A DNA stretch of 64,000 nt from Candidatus Obscuribacteraceae bacterium (lineage in GTDB: Bacteria > Cyanobacteriota > Vampirovibrionia > Obscuribacterales > Obscuribacteraceae). Both the position numbers and the translations under genes were made by a program. Below, piece by piece: positions 28,710-38,981 of the stretch (the stretch's first letter is position 1; each line of letters starts with the position of its first letter). The notes beneath the pieces are model-generated. The model was not told the DNA's origin and made no database searches. It saw only the letters and a program-made list of their open reading frames with translations. The DNA lies in contig JBGASG010000003.1 in the NCBI GenBank assembly GCA_044229845.1, positions 384,001-448,000 on the forward strand, written 5' to 3'.

Positions 28710-30545
28710 TCAGTGTCCTCGTTTTTTCGGCTTCGGCTTACCGGGCGCAGCGGCCAGTTGCGCGTTGGCCGGGGTGATATTGAAGAAACGCTCCAGCACC
28801 TTTTTGGCAATCGGAGCGGCGTCCGAGCCGCCGTGTCCACCGTGTTCGACGAAACAGCACATGGCGATGCGCGGCTTGTCCGCCGGGGCATAGCAAGCAA
28901 ACCAGGCGTGGCACTTGCTGCCGATCGGTGGCGCTTCGGCGGTTCCGGTTTTGCCGGCAACCTCCACCTGTCCGAGCCTGGTGGCGCCCGCGGTGCCTGA
29001 TGCCACCACTGCCTTCAGCCCTTTCGCCACTACATCCATGTATTCTTTTTTGATCTTCACGTGTTCAGGACGCGGCGGCGGAATCTGCCTGTCACCAATC
29101 TTGATGGCGAAGTGCAAATTGGGCACCTGTCCCCGCATACCCAACCCTGCATACATGCGGGCCGCCTGCGCCGGTGTCACCTGGCAGTAGGTCTGTCCGA
29201 TCGAGTAGTGCAAAGTGTTACCCGGATACCACTTCTCGTGATAGACACGTTCTTTCCATTTCGAATCAGGAACCAACCCATTACCTTCATGGAGCAGTTC
29301 GATGCCTGTCGGTCGTCCGGCTCCCATCAGGTTGCCCCATTTTTTGATGTCTTCCGGTTTCATCTTCAAAGCCATTTGATAGAAGGCGGAATCGCGAGAC
29401 CAGGCAAGACACTTTACCAGGTCAAACAGACCGGAGGCGCCCGTCCAATCGTGGAAGAAGAAACCGCCCAGGGCGATGCCACCAGAGACGTGCAATTTGG
29501 TATCAGGCTTAACGGCCTTCACATCGAGCGCTGCCAGAAGTGTAATCGCTTTCCAGATCGAGCCCGGCGGAAATCCCGAGAGCGCGCGGTTATATAGGGG
29601 GTGGTCGGGAGCGTTCAATCGCTTCCAGACGGCAGGCGTGATGCGGCGAGTGAAAGCGTTGGGATCGAAACTGGGACGGGAGACCATAGCCAGTACTTCG
29701 CCGGTTTGCGGATCGACAATTACAACAGCCCCGCGGCGCTCGCCCAGGGCATCATAAGCAACTTTCTGCAGTTCGACATCAATCGAGGTGACGATCGGCA
29801 AGCCGGCTTTTGCCTCCGACGTGACGACCGGGCGCGCCGTTTCTGCAGACAAAGTCGTACCGGCCGCGTTGACGCGGACGCGCTGCTCTCCGTCGACGCC
29901 TCGCAGCTGATCGTCGTAGATGCGCTCCAGTCCGTCTTGTCCAACGACATCACCCATCCGCCTTTCGGGACGGCGCTTCAATTGCCCTTCGGTGATTTCG
30001 CCGCAATAGCCAAGCACGTGAGCCGTCAGCTCGCCATAGGGATAGTTGCGGCTGATATCCGGCAAGATGTCGATGCCCGGCAACCACATTCTTTGCTCGT
30101 AAAACTTGCTGACGACACGCACATCCACGTCGCGCTCGATAACTACGGGCAGTACCGATTCCGATTCGCGCGCTTCTTCTAAACGTTTTTTGATCTCCTC
30201 AAACTTCACCTCAGGCAACAGTCTGTGCAGCCGCAGTCCTAGTTCTTCGATATTGTCGATCTGGGCCGGAATCGCCACCAGCGACAGTGTCTGCTTGTTG
30301 GTGGCCAGCATGTTGCCGCGCCGGTCATAAATAATGCCGCGCGGTGCGCGCAAGAAAGTGACGCGCGTGGAGTTTTCCACAGCCTTGGCTTTGTAATAGC
30401 CATTCTGCATGATCTGCAACCAGACCAGGCGCGCCAGAAGCGCCGCCATGGCTCCCACAACCAGAATCAGGACCAGCGTCGCCTTCTGTCCGGCATTCTG
30501 GACAGCGGGCAATCGTTCTTGTTGGGGAGGTGTTTGGGTCTGCAT
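28710..30545 (-). CDS. mrdA: Penicillin-binding protein 2
   Basis: APRGIIYDR, PGSIWK (SxxK), SRD, KTG; downstream of mreBCD. Confidence 0.94.
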   Translation of the reverse strand: MQTQTPPQQERLPAVQNAGQKATLVLILVVGAMAALLARLVWLQIMQNGYYKAKAVENSTRVTFLRAPRGIIYDRRGNMLATNKQTLSLVAIPAQIDNIEELGLRLHRLLPEVKFEEIKKRLEEARESESVLPVVIERDVDVRVVSKFYEQRMWLPGIDILPDISRNYPYGELTAHVLGYCGEITEGQLKRRPERRMGDVVGQDGLERIYDDQLRGVDGEQRVRVNAAGTTLSAETARPVVTSEAKAGLPIVTSIDVELQKVAYDALGERRGAVVIVDPQTGEVLAMVSRPSFDPNAFTRRITPAVWKRLNAPDHPLYNRALSGFPPGSIWKAITLLAALDVKAVKPDTKLHVSGGIALGGFFFHDWTGASGLFDLVKCLAWSRDSAFYQMALKMKPEDIKKWGNLMGAGRPTGIELLHEGNGLVPDSKWKERVYHEKWYPGNTLHYSIGQTYCQVTPAQAARMYAGLGMRGQVPNLHFAIKIGDRQIPPPRPEHVKIKKEYMDVVAKGLKAVVASGTAGATRLGQVEVAGKTGTAEAPPIGSKCHAWFACYAPADKPRIAMCCFVEHGGHGGSDAAPIAKKVLERFFNITPANAQLAAAPGKPKPKKRGH

Positions 30546-30564
30546 ATAAGTGGATAGTACCTAA

Positions 30565-31176
30565 TTATCGACCCAGATGGTTGTGTTCGAGTTTAAACGA
30601 GTATTCGTACCAGGACCGCAGCGGCAGGTAGATGAACGGCGCCACCAGAGCATTGAGCATGGCTTCCGGCACGACAATTTGCAAAAGGTGCCCAAGCACA
30701 TCCGGTCTACCCATGATGAACAGCTGAGCTGCCATCACCATTTCAGCAAATGCAGTGAGAATTAGAACCAGCGGCACAATCAAAATTGTCTGGCGCCCGA
30801 AGCTGCGCAAACAGAAATACCCCGCCACCCAGCCGACAATTGGATAGGCGACCGGATAGACCGGCAAAGACGATGACAGCAACGCCCCGAACAGCGCACC
30901 GACTGTGGCACCACTGATCGAACCCGACGCCAACTGACGAAAGAAGATCTGCCCGATGCTGCTCATGCGCAGCTCATCGGCGGTAATAGTGCCCAGCGGG
31001 CTGCCGAAGACGGCGCCCCAGATAATCGCCACAGTTAAAGGCAGATTGCAAATGACGTGATGGTAGGAAAAGCGGTTGAGCAAGCAAATTTGCAGAATCA
31101 GCGCCGCCAGGCAGAGGAACCCGGTCAGCCCCAGGTCGGCCAATCGCTTTTGCGAACGCATAGAGAGAATACTCAA
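30565..31176 (-). CDS. mreD: Rod shape-determining protein MreD
   Basis: Polytopic membrane protein between mreC and mrdA. Confidence 0.75.
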   Translation of the reverse strand: MSILSMRSQKRLADLGLTGFLCLAALILQICLLNRFSYHHVICNLPLTVAIIWGAVFGSPLGTITADELRMSSIGQIFFRQLASGSISGATVGALFGALLSSSLPVYPVAYPIVGWVAGYFCLRSFGRQTILIVPLVLILTAFAEMVMAAQLFIMGRPDVLGHLLQIVVPEAMLNALVAPFIYLPLRSWYEYSFKLEHNHLGR

Positions 31177-31188
31177 GGCACGCCGCTC

Positions 31189-32013
31189 CTAGTCTTCAAT
31201 GGGAGGGACGATCAATACGTGCGTCAGGTCGTAAAAATTCTCCGACGGCTTCACATCAATAGATAAGGTGGTGCCGTTGGTATCGCGTTTCACCATGGTC
31301 ACCACGCCCACAGGGTGCCCCGGCGGGAATGTGCCGCCATTGCCCAGGCAGGTCACCTTATCGCCGATTTCGACGTTGGTGCCGACCGGTATATGTTCGA
31401 TGATCGGCGGATCTTTGTGTCGCCCGACCAGAATTCCAGGTTGATTAATACGGGCTATCAACACACCGATGCGCTCATCCGGATCGCTGATCAGCTTCAC
31501 GACGCTGGCATCAGGAGAAACTTTCATGACTTGCCCGACCACGCCCAGCGAGGTGACGACCGCCGACCCTGGGCGCACCGCGTCTTTCTCTCCGCGGTCG
31601 ATGATTACTTGCTCGAACCAGTTGTCGGCGTTTCTTCCCACGACATCGGCAGCCACTGTCCGGCGGTCGATCTTGCGTTTCAACCCGAGCATGGCGCGCA
31701 GTTTGTCGGTGTCTTTCGCATCCTGCTTGTACTTAGTCAGTTCCAGTTCAGAATCTGCAAGCTTCTTCTCCAGAGTGACAATCCGCTCGGAAGCTACCAG
31801 CAGTTGCTGAGCCAGATCGCGCGTCGACTGCACGCCGTTGGCGCCCTTCATGAAGACTCCGGAGATCCACGCGTACGAAGTGAGCACCGTTCCCGCCAGG
31901 ATGGGCAGAGCCAGCAACACGATGAGAATCAGGATGAAGATGAACTCGGCAATACTTTCGGAACCCAGTGGATTCCGACCTTCTGAAAGTCGACTCTCAA
32001 GAAGCGGCGACAC
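31189..32013 (-). CDS. mreC: Rod shape-determining protein MreC
   Basis: TM, coiled coil, IIDRG..D.V..G..V....GVVGQV, FPPGHPVG. Confidence 0.92.
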   Translation of the reverse strand: MSPLLESRLSEGRNPLGSESIAEFIFILILIVLLALPILAGTVLTSYAWISGVFMKGANGVQSTRDLAQQLLVASERIVTLEKKLADSELELTKYKQDAKDTDKLRAMLGLKRKIDRRTVAADVVGRNADNWFEQVIIDRGEKDAVRPGSAVVTSLGVVGQVMKVSPDASVVKLISDPDERIGVLIARINQPGILVGRHKDPPIIEHIPVGTNVEIGDKVTCLGNGGTFPPGHPVGVVTMVKRDTNGTTLSIDVKPSENFYDLTHVLIVPPIED

Positions 32014-32027
32014 GAGTCATCTCAACC

Positions 32028-33071
32028 TTAAGCTTCATAGAGGGAGTGTTCCAGCACGCGACGGTACGCCGGCTCGGAGAGCATCTTGCCGGTGCCGATT
32101 GCCACTGCTGAAAGGGGATCTTCGGCGATGAACACGGGTACTTCGGTAGCCTGCGAGATCAATTCATCGAGACCTTGCAAAAGTGCGCCGCCGCCCGAAA
32201 GAACGATGCCGCGATTGTAGATGTCGGCTGCCAGCTCTGGCGGTGTGCGTTCAAGTGTGCGTCGAATCGCGTCAACGATGGTTTGCAGCGGCTCCTGCAG
32301 AGCTTCGCGAATCTCGCCACGGCTGATAGTGACCGTGCGCGGCAAGCCGTTGATCAGGTTAAGTCCCCGCACTTCGAAACGATCGTTATCGTTCATGCGA
32401 AACGCCGAGCCCAGACGGAATTTGATTTCTTCAGCAGTGCGTTCGCCCGTCGCCAGGCTGTGCACCTTTTTCATGTAGTTGATGATTGCTTCGTTCAACT
32501 CGTCGCCGGCCACCCGAATCGACTCGTTGACGACGATGCCGCATAGACTGATGACGGCCACTTCGGTGGTACCGCCGCCGATATCAACGACCATAGAGCC
32601 GGTCGGCTCGGTCACGGGCAGACCCGCCCCAATCGCAGCAGCCATCGGCTCTTCCGGCAAGAAACAACGACGAGCGCCGGCATTGAACGCAGCATCGTGC
32701 ACAGCTCGGCGTTCGACGCCGGTGACACCACTGGGAACACCAATGGCGATGTCCGGTTTCATGAAACGGCTGGTGCCGGCAACGCGCTCGATAAACTTCT
32801 CCAGCATCAGGCGTGCATACTTGAAGTCGGCAATGACGCCATCTCGCAACGGGCGTGTGGCCTTGATGCCCTGCGGTGTGCGACCAATCATGGCACGCGC
32901 TTCTTCGCCGACGGCCAGGACTGTCTTCGTGTCGTCATCGACTGCCACCACCGAAGGCTCGCGCAACACAATACCTTTTCCGTTCAGGTAAATGAGCGTG
33001 TTGGCGGTACCTAGGTCTACGCCAATTTCCTGGCTAAACATTTTTGTAAAAATCGACACGGCACACTCCAC
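32028..33071 (-). CDS. mreB: Rod shape-determining protein MreB
   Basis: DLGTANT, EPMAAAIGAG, DIGGGTTE, GGGALL. Confidence 0.97.
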   Translation of the reverse strand: MECAVSIFTKMFSQEIGVDLGTANTLIYLNGKGIVLREPSVVAVDDDTKTVLAVGEEARAMIGRTPQGIKATRPLRDGVIADFKYARLMLEKFIERVAGTSRFMKPDIAIGVPSGVTGVERRAVHDAAFNAGARRCFLPEEPMAAAIGAGLPVTEPTGSMVVDIGGGTTEVAVISLCGIVVNESIRVAGDELNEAIINYMKKVHSLATGERTAEEIKFRLGSAFRMNDNDRFEVRGLNLINGLPRTVTISRGEIREALQEPLQTIVDAIRRTLERTPPELAADIYNRGIVLSGGGALLQGLDELISQATEVPVFIAEDPLSAVAIGTGKMLSEPAYRRVLEHSLYEA

Positions 33072-33259
33072 ATGGTGGCAAACGTGAGTACCACAGCAAA
33101 ACGGCGACCTGATGTCCCCGCTTGTAGTCTAACATCTTTCGCTGATTATGCGGGTTTCCATTACTTCAGAAGCAAGCAAAAGGGGATATACAAAGCGGAC
33201 TAAAACTCCACCCGAAATATGCCGAGCCAGGCAGCGCCCGGCTCCCCGGTTGCCAAATG

Positions 33260-33283
33260 CGCGAAAAACATCAGCACTTCGCG
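33260..33283 (+). repeat. Dispersed CGCGAAAAAC-N10-CGCG element, copy 1
   Basis: AATG-CGCGAAAAACATCAGCACTTCGCG in the intergenic region upstream of mreB. Confidence 0.8.
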
Positions 33284-33434
33284 TGCGCGTGCAGCTGCCG
33301 CTTGCAGGCGCCGGTCCGCCAAGAGCCCCTTGACTAGCTGATTTCCCGCGGGCTTTCGAGCGTCCCCGGACTTTGTAATTTATGTGTTAGTGCTGTGTAA
33401 GCCGGAGGTTAGCCGCTGCCCGTCAGGGTCAGGG

Positions 33435-34295
33435 CTAATTCTTCGAATAATCGTAGAAACCTCGGCCGGTCTTTCTGCCCAGATGTCCAGCCGCTACAAG
33501 CTGCCGAATCAGCGGACAGGCGCGATATTTGGGATCGCCGAATCCCTCGTGCAGCGTTTCCATAATGTGCAGGCAGATATCCAGACCGATGAAGTCTGCC
33601 AGAGCCAGCGGTCCCATCGGATGGTTGTAACCCAGCGTCATGCCTGTATCGATGTCCGCCGGCGTTGACAGCCCTTCCATAAGCGCAAAGGCTGCCTCGT
33701 TCACCAGGACGAGTCCCAGTCGCGTGGTGATGAATCCCGGACGATCCTGGGACGTGATGATGGTCTTGCCCAGTTTCTCCCCGAAAGAACGAATCGAGTC
33801 CATCGTTTCGTCAGACGTGTCGTATCCGGGGATCAGCTCGAGAAGCTTCATCACATGGGCAGGCGAGAAGAAATGCATGCCGATGAAATTTTTGGAACGT
33901 TTGGTCGCTGACGCCAACTGCGTAATCGACAGGGATGACGTATTGGAGGCGAAGACTGCGCGAGGATTGCAGGTTTGATCGAGATGGCGAAACAGATCGT
34001 GCTTGATCTTTACATCCTCGGCGATCGCCTCGATGACCAGATCTGCCGCCTCAGCATCCTTATAGTTTTCGGAGTAATGAATGCGTTGCTTGGCTTCATC
34101 CAGTTTCTCATGAGTGATGAAGCCTTTCTCCAGGGACGACTTGCCGTATTTCTCGACGGCGGACTGAGCCTTTTCGATGGCGTTGGGATGTATATCGCAT
34201 AAGGTCACTTTGGCATCGGTCTTGGAGGCTACTAAGTAGCCGATGGCTGAACCCATGAAGCCGGCACCAGGGATGAATACGTTGGAGAAAGTCAC
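33435..34295 (-). CDS. hbd: 3-hydroxybutyryl-CoA / 3-hydroxyacyl-CoA dehydrogenase
   Basis: GAGFMG, IEAIAE, ASNTSSL, GMHFF, GYNHPMGPL, LGRKTGRGFY. Confidence 0.9.
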   Translation of the reverse strand: MTFSNVFIPGAGFMGSAIGYLVASKTDAKVTLCDIHPNAIEKAQSAVEKYGKSSLEKGFITHEKLDEAKQRIHYSENYKDAEAADLVIEAIAEDVKIKHDLFRHLDQTCNPRAVFASNTSSLSITQLASATKRSKNFIGMHFFSPAHVMKLLELIPGYDTSDETMDSIRSFGEKLGKTIITSQDRPGFITTRLGLVLVNEAAFALMEGLSTPADIDTGMTLGYNHPMGPLALADFIGLDICLHIMETLHEGFGDPKYRACPLIRQLVAAGHLGRKTGRGFYDYSKN

Positions 34296-34475
34296 GGCAG
34301 AAGTCCTTGTGAAGTGTCTCTATTAGCTCGGTCCGTCATGGTACTAAACGGAAATGGTGATTGCTCGCGGCCCTGTCTGCATGTATCGCTATTACTTTTC
34401 TAATATGTTCTATATGTTTTTCAATTAGAGTTATGGAGAAAGGCTCCAACAGCGGCTAAAGACCGTGCACGAGAA

Positions 34476-36341
34476 ATGAAGACGTTCAAAAAAATCCTGA
34501 TTGCCAACCGCGGTGAGATTGCAGTGCGGGTCATCCGCGCTTGCCGCGAACTCAACATTAAAGCTGTCGCGGTGTTTTCCGAAGTAGACCGGTTATCGCG
34601 GCATGTGCAGTTAGCCGACGAAGCCTGGCTTCTGGAAGGACAACCGGGCAAAGTTTATCTCGACATCGAACAGATTTTGTCGCTCGCCAAGCGCGCCGGC
34701 GCCGACGCCGTTCATCCCGGTTATGGCTTTCTCGCCGAGAACGCGGACTTTGCCAGAGCCTGCGCCAGAGAAGGTATCACCTTCATCGGCCCGAAGCCCG
34801 ACGTGATTACGGCCATGGGCAGCAAAATCGAATCGCGGCGAATGATGGAAAAGGCGGGTGTGCCGGTGGTTCCAGGCACCACAGACCCGATAACCGATCC
34901 AGAGAAAGTCAAAGAACTGTGCACCAAATACGGTTATCCGGTGGCGATCAAAGCCAGTGCCGGCGGCGGCGGCCGTGGGCTGCGCGTCGTGCGCAAGGAA
35001 GAGGATGTGGAACAAGCGCTTGCCGGAGCGCAGCGTGAAGGCGCCAGCTATTTCGGCAGCGGTGAAGTCTATCTGGAGAAGTATCTGGATCATCCGCGCC
35101 ATATTGAAGTGCAAATTCTCGCCGACGAACACGGCAACGTCCTGCACCTGGGCGAACGCGACTGTTCGACACAAAGACGCCACCAGAAACTGATCGAAGA
35201 AAGTCCGGCCGCCAACCTGCCCGCGGCAGTCAGAAAGACCTTGTTGGACGCGGCGGTTCTGGGCGCTAAATCGATCGGATATACCTCTGCCGGAACGGTT
35301 GAGGGACTGGTCGCCGGCAACGACTATTACTTTCTGGAGATGAACACGCGCGTCCAGGTCGAGCATCCGGTCACCGAATTCGTCACCGGTATCGATATCG
35401 TCAAAGAACAGATTCGCATCGCGCAAGGCGAGCCTCTGTCAATCAAACAGGAAGATGTGACTTTCCGAGGACACGCAATCGAGTTTCGCGTCAACGCCGA
35501 AGATCCGTTCAAGCAGTTTATGCCGTCTCCGGGCACCGTGCATCGCTATGTCGAGCCGAACATGCCCTGGGTACGCGTCGACAGCGCCTGCTATCCGGGC
35601 TACCAGATTTTGCCTTTCTACGACTCATTGCTGGCCAAACTGGTCGTCTGGGGACGCACCCGCGAAGAGGCTATTGAGCGGTCGCGCGTGGCACTGAGAG
35701 AGTTCATCATCGAAGGCGTGGCGACCACCATTCCTTTCCATCTGCTCGCCCTGGAAGACGAAACCTTTCTGCAAGGTCGCGTTTACACCAACTACATCGA
35801 AACTGAGTTTCGTCAGCGCATGAAAGCGCCGGCACCGGCGATCAGCAATGGCAACGGCAACGGCAATGGCAAATCAGACGCAGCCGCCAAGCCGGCCGCG
35901 CCCGCCACCGAGCCGGAGGTAACTGCACTTGAACGCTGCAACGAGCGCAAATTCGAAGTCGAGGTCAACCAGAAACACTTCAAAGTAACAGTGGCGGAAT
36001 TGCGGACACCGGGAGAAACTCCCGCATCCGCACCCAGGATTGCCGCTGGTTCCGGCGGCACCAAATCACAGACCCCGGTGAGAACAGCGGCTGCGCGTCC
36101 CAAAAAAGCGCTGTCCGAAGGCACCGGAGAGATCCGCGCTCAGATGCACGGATTGGTCAAAGAAGTGCTGGTGGAGATCGGTCAAACTGTAAAACAGGGG
36201 CAGCGCTTGCTGATTTTTGAAGCCATGAAAATGGAATCAGATGTGCTGGCGGACCGCGACGGACTGGTTGAAACGCTGAAAGTAAAAACCGGCGACACGG
36301 TCGAGGTATCCGAAGTGATGGTCGTCATCGGAAAGAACTGA
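34476..36341 (+). CDS. Biotin carboxylase fused to a C-terminal biotin carboxyl carrier domain
   Basis: ANRGEIA, HPGYGFLAEN, RDCS.QRRHQK, EMNTRVQVEH; Ala/Pro linker; EAMKM biotinylation motif. Confidence 0.93.
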   Translation: MKTFKKILIANRGEIAVRVIRACRELNIKAVAVFSEVDRLSRHVQLADEAWLLEGQPGKVYLDIEQILSLAKRAGADAVHPGYGFLAENADFARACAREGITFIGPKPDVITAMGSKIESRRMMEKAGVPVVPGTTDPITDPEKVKELCTKYGYPVAIKASAGGGGRGLRVVRKEEDVEQALAGAQREGASYFGSGEVYLEKYLDHPRHIEVQILADEHGNVLHLGERDCSTQRRHQKLIEESPAANLPAAVRKTLLDAAVLGAKSIGYTSAGTVEGLVAGNDYYFLEMNTRVQVEHPVTEFVTGIDIVKEQIRIAQGEPLSIKQEDVTFRGHAIEFRVNAEDPFKQFMPSPGTVHRYVEPNMPWVRVDSACYPGYQILPFYDSLLAKLVVWGRTREEAIERSRVALREFIIEGVATTIPFHLLALEDETFLQGRVYTNYIETEFRQRMKAPAPAISNGNGNGNGKSDAAAKPAAPATEPEVTALERCNERKFEVEVNQKHFKVTVAELRTPGETPASAPRIAAGSGGTKSQTPVRTAAARPKKALSEGTGEIRAQMHGLVKEVLVEIGQTVKQGQRLLIFEAMKMESDVLADRDGLVETLKVKTGDTVEVSEVMVVIGKN

Positions 36342-36344
36342 GGC

Positions 36345-36812
36345 ATGCGCATCGGTAATGGATACGATGTTCATCCGCTGGTTCCGGGGCGCGATCTAAT
36401 TCTGGGCGGCATCGCTATCCCATACGAACTGGGACTGCACGGCCACTCGGATGGCGACGCGCTGACGCACGCGATAATCGATGCGCTTTTGGGAGCGGCG
36501 GGATTGGGCGACATCGGCATGCGCTTTCCCCCCAACGATCCGCAGTTTGCCGGCGTGCGCAGCATTTTGATGCTGGAAGACTGCATGCGGTCGATTGCAG
36601 ATAAGAAACTGAAGATTGAACATGTGGACAGCGTAATCATTTGTGAGAAACCTAAGCTGTCGCCGTATTTTGCGGTAATGCGCGAGTCCCTGGCGGCCGC
36701 CATGGGCATTGATTGGGATAAGGTTAATGTGAAAGCCACAACCAACGAGGGACTGGGGTTTCTCGGGCGCGGCGAAGCGATTGCCGTCCACGCCGTAGCG
36801 CTACTCTCCTGA
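36345..36812 (+). CDS. ispF: 2-C-methyl-D-erythritol 2,4-cyclodiphosphate synthase
   Basis: MRIG.GYDVH, HSDGD, GDIG, KATTNEGLG. Confidence 0.97.
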   Translation: MRIGNGYDVHPLVPGRDLILGGIAIPYELGLHGHSDGDALTHAIIDALLGAAGLGDIGMRFPPNDPQFAGVRSILMLEDCMRSIADKKLKIEHVDSVIICEKPKLSPYFAVMRESLAAAMGIDWDKVNVKATTNEGLGFLGRGEAIAVHAVALLS

Positions 36813-37068
36813 GCATCGTGTAAATTTTACGAGCGCGCTTATTGCCAGAAGTACGCCACCCACGTACCTTTGAGGCAGCCGGTCCGGCTCGGCTCGACTT
36901 TAGTTTAAAAGAATATGGAAACCCTGCGGATTCCCACAACTGTCCTAATGATACGATCACAGATACAGTGTGCTGTAGAGATTTGCGAGACTTTTGGATC
37001 CAGGAAACAACTGAATGGCGCCTCCACCACCCGTGGTGGCATGCTGAAGTCAGCGGAATAGAAACGTT

Positions 37069-38343
37069 ATGACCTTGCTCATTTATTTTGTTCTACACAC
37101 GACGCTATGTCTCGTGTGCTTCGGCCTGACGTTTCTCTTTTTCACCTACTTTCGCCGTCTGGACGAAAACAGTTTGCCGGATGAGCAACTGCCCTTCGTC
37201 TCCGTGCTTGTACCGGCCCGCAACGAAGGCGGCAAGATCGGTCGTTGTCTCGAATCTCTAGCGCGACAAGATTACCCACATTACGAAGTGGTGGCAGTCG
37301 ATGACCGCTCGACCGACAACACCGGTGAAATAATCAAAGCGATCGCTGCTCGCAACGAGCACGTGCATTACGCTTACGGATCGCCGACGCCGCCTGGATG
37401 GATTGGCAAGTGCAATGCTCTGGTCACCGCCTGCAAACACACCGCACCGGACAGCACCTGGTATTTGTTCACCGATGCCGACACATGCCACACACCGCAT
37501 TCTTTGCGTTATTCAGTTTCTTATGCGCTGAGAAACAACGCCGAGTTGATCTCTTTCATGCCGGTGCAGGAACTGGGAAGCTTCTGGGAGCGGCTGGTCA
37601 TGCCGGTTCTGCTCGGGTCTTTCTTGTGCGGCGATCCGTACAACACGATCAACGAAAAAACCAACGACCGTGCTTATGCATACGGACAATACATTCTTGT
37701 GCAGCGTGGCATTTACGAGAGCGTCGGCGGACACGAGAGCGTGCACGATCAGATTCTCGACGACATCTCGCTGGCTCGCGTCATAAAGTCAAACAAACAC
37801 CGGGTGATGTCGGCCGACGGTCGCCTTCTCTATTCGGTGCGCATGTACACCGATCTGCAATCCTTGTGGAACGGCTGGACGAAAAATCTCTACGCTCTGA
37901 TCGAGTGCAACTTGCTATTTTTGGTCTTGGTAGTGTTGCTGCTCACCTCCGGCATCATCATGCCCTGGATCAATCTGGCGGCGGTGACGAGCTACTGGTT
38001 GTCCGGTGATGTTTTTCCCGAGTTGCCAACCTGCACGGGGCTGGCGATCCTTTCCATGGTTGGACTCTACCTGTGGTACAAGCGCACCTCAGAGCACTAC
38101 CGCGGCGTCACTACTGCGCATTTCTTCCTGCTTCCCTTTGGGGCGCTCACCGTTGTCGTCCTCTATTTCCACGCCGCTTACCTGGTGCTCACCGGGACCA
38201 GGGTAAGTTGGAAGGGCCGGCGCTACACTGTTCATACATCCAAACAGGTAGAGTCCAGCGAGACAGCGCTCGAAGATGCGGCGCCGGAAAAAACCAATAT
38301 CGAGCAGCCACTACTTGCGGTACCAAACGAGCCCCGCAGCTGA
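37069..38343 (+). CDS. Membrane family-2 glycosyltransferase (HpnB/carotenoid glycosyltransferase-like)
   Basis: VPARNE, DDRSTD, GWIGK, DADT, DDISL, RMY, WTKN; C-terminal TMs and WKGR. Confidence 0.85.
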   Translation: MTLLIYFVLHTTLCLVCFGLTFLFFTYFRRLDENSLPDEQLPFVSVLVPARNEGGKIGRCLESLARQDYPHYEVVAVDDRSTDNTGEIIKAIAARNEHVHYAYGSPTPPGWIGKCNALVTACKHTAPDSTWYLFTDADTCHTPHSLRYSVSYALRNNAELISFMPVQELGSFWERLVMPVLLGSFLCGDPYNTINEKTNDRAYAYGQYILVQRGIYESVGGHESVHDQILDDISLARVIKSNKHRVMSADGRLLYSVRMYTDLQSLWNGWTKNLYALIECNLLFLVLVVLLLTSGIIMPWINLAAVTSYWLSGDVFPELPTCTGLAILSMVGLYLWYKRTSEHYRGVTTAHFFLLPFGALTVVVLYFHAAYLVLTGTRVSWKGRRYTVHTSKQVESSETALEDAAPEKTNIEQPLLAVPNEPRS

Positions 38344-38392
38344 CCGGACGAAAATTCTTGCTATCGTCAACATTTCTGAAACGGGTCAATTC

Positions 38393-38420
38393 TTGACTGG
38401 TTTTGATCCATGACTAGATT
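38393..38420 (+). promoter_or_regulatory. Putative sigma70-type promoter pointing into a region with no gene-sized ORF
   Basis: TTGACT-N16-TAGATT. Confidence 0.5.
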
Positions 38421-38459
38421 AAATCAGAGCTGAGGGGCGATTCGGTCCTCATTAAGACA

Positions 38460-38483
38460 CGCGGAAAGCCGTCGTTTTTCGCG
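38460..38483 (-). repeat. Dispersed element, copy 2
   Basis: Minus strand AACG-CGCGAAAAACGACGGCTTTCCGCG. Confidence 0.8.
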
Positions 38484-38545
38484 CGTTCGGCCAATGTGTC
38501 AGGACCCGAATCACCAACCAATGCCTGGTTTAAGGCAGCGCATCT

Positions 38546-38587
38546 AAAAAGAAGAGGTCGGAGCAACCGACCTCTTCTTGATTTTTT
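38546..38587. terminator. Bidirectional intrinsic terminator
   Basis: AAGAAGAGGTCGG-AGCAA-CCGACCTCTTCTT 13-bp stem with an A-run on the left and a T-run on the right. Confidence 0.85.
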
Positions 38588-38601
38588 GGCTCTGGCTGGG
38601 C

Positions 38602-38874
38602 TTAGCGACGCGGACCACCGTTCTTTTCGCGGGGCTTGGAAAGGCTGACCGCTATCTGGCGGCCGCTAACCTCGAGACCATTGAGCGCTTTGATTGCCGC
38701 TTCTGCTTCGTCTTCGCTGGACATTTCGACAAAGCCAAAACCGCGCTTGCGCCCAGTTTCACGATCGACCGGCAGAGCTACGGAGACTACCGTCCCGGAG
38801 GCTGCGAACAGCTCTTCCAGGTTCTGTTCGGTCATTTTGAATGGAAGGTTCCCTACGAAAAGTTTGTTGTTCAT
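38602..38874 (-). CDS. RRM RNA-binding protein (Rbp family)
   Basis: RNP2 LFVGNL, RNP1 RGFGFVEM. Confidence 0.95.
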   Translation of the reverse strand: MNNKLFVGNLPFKMTEQNLEELFAASGTVVSVALPVDRETGRKRGFGFVEMSSEDEAEAAIKALNGLEVSGRQIAVSLSKPREKNGGPRR

Positions 38875-38981
38875 GAGCAAGATCCATGTAGCTAGACCGA
38901 TGCGAGAACGTCGGGCTTGTTGCATCGGGGTGCTTCAGCTCTGAAGCCCACAAAATTATGCCACAGACGCGACATTAATCC

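Larger units (their letters stand above)
38427..38587 (+). ncRNA. Candidate unclassified structured small RNA
   Basis: Upstream promoter, long stem 38436-38449/38501-38515, inner stems, small hairpin 38522-38537, terminal hairpin with T-rich tail; no family match recognised. Confidence 0.45.

Noticed and set aside
33148..33333. 61-aa ORF upstream of mreB
   Set aside because: No RBS or recognisable features; overlaps the likely mreB promoter region and the repeat element
36842..37072. 76-aa ORF or leader RNA upstream of the glycosyltransferase
   Set aside because: Weak TTG start, no RBS or motif, no convincing riboswitch pattern
38434..38520. tmRNA or tRNA (GGGGCGATTC start, ACCA end)
   Set aside because: No canonical T-loop, acceptor stem or tag frame, and too short for tmRNA
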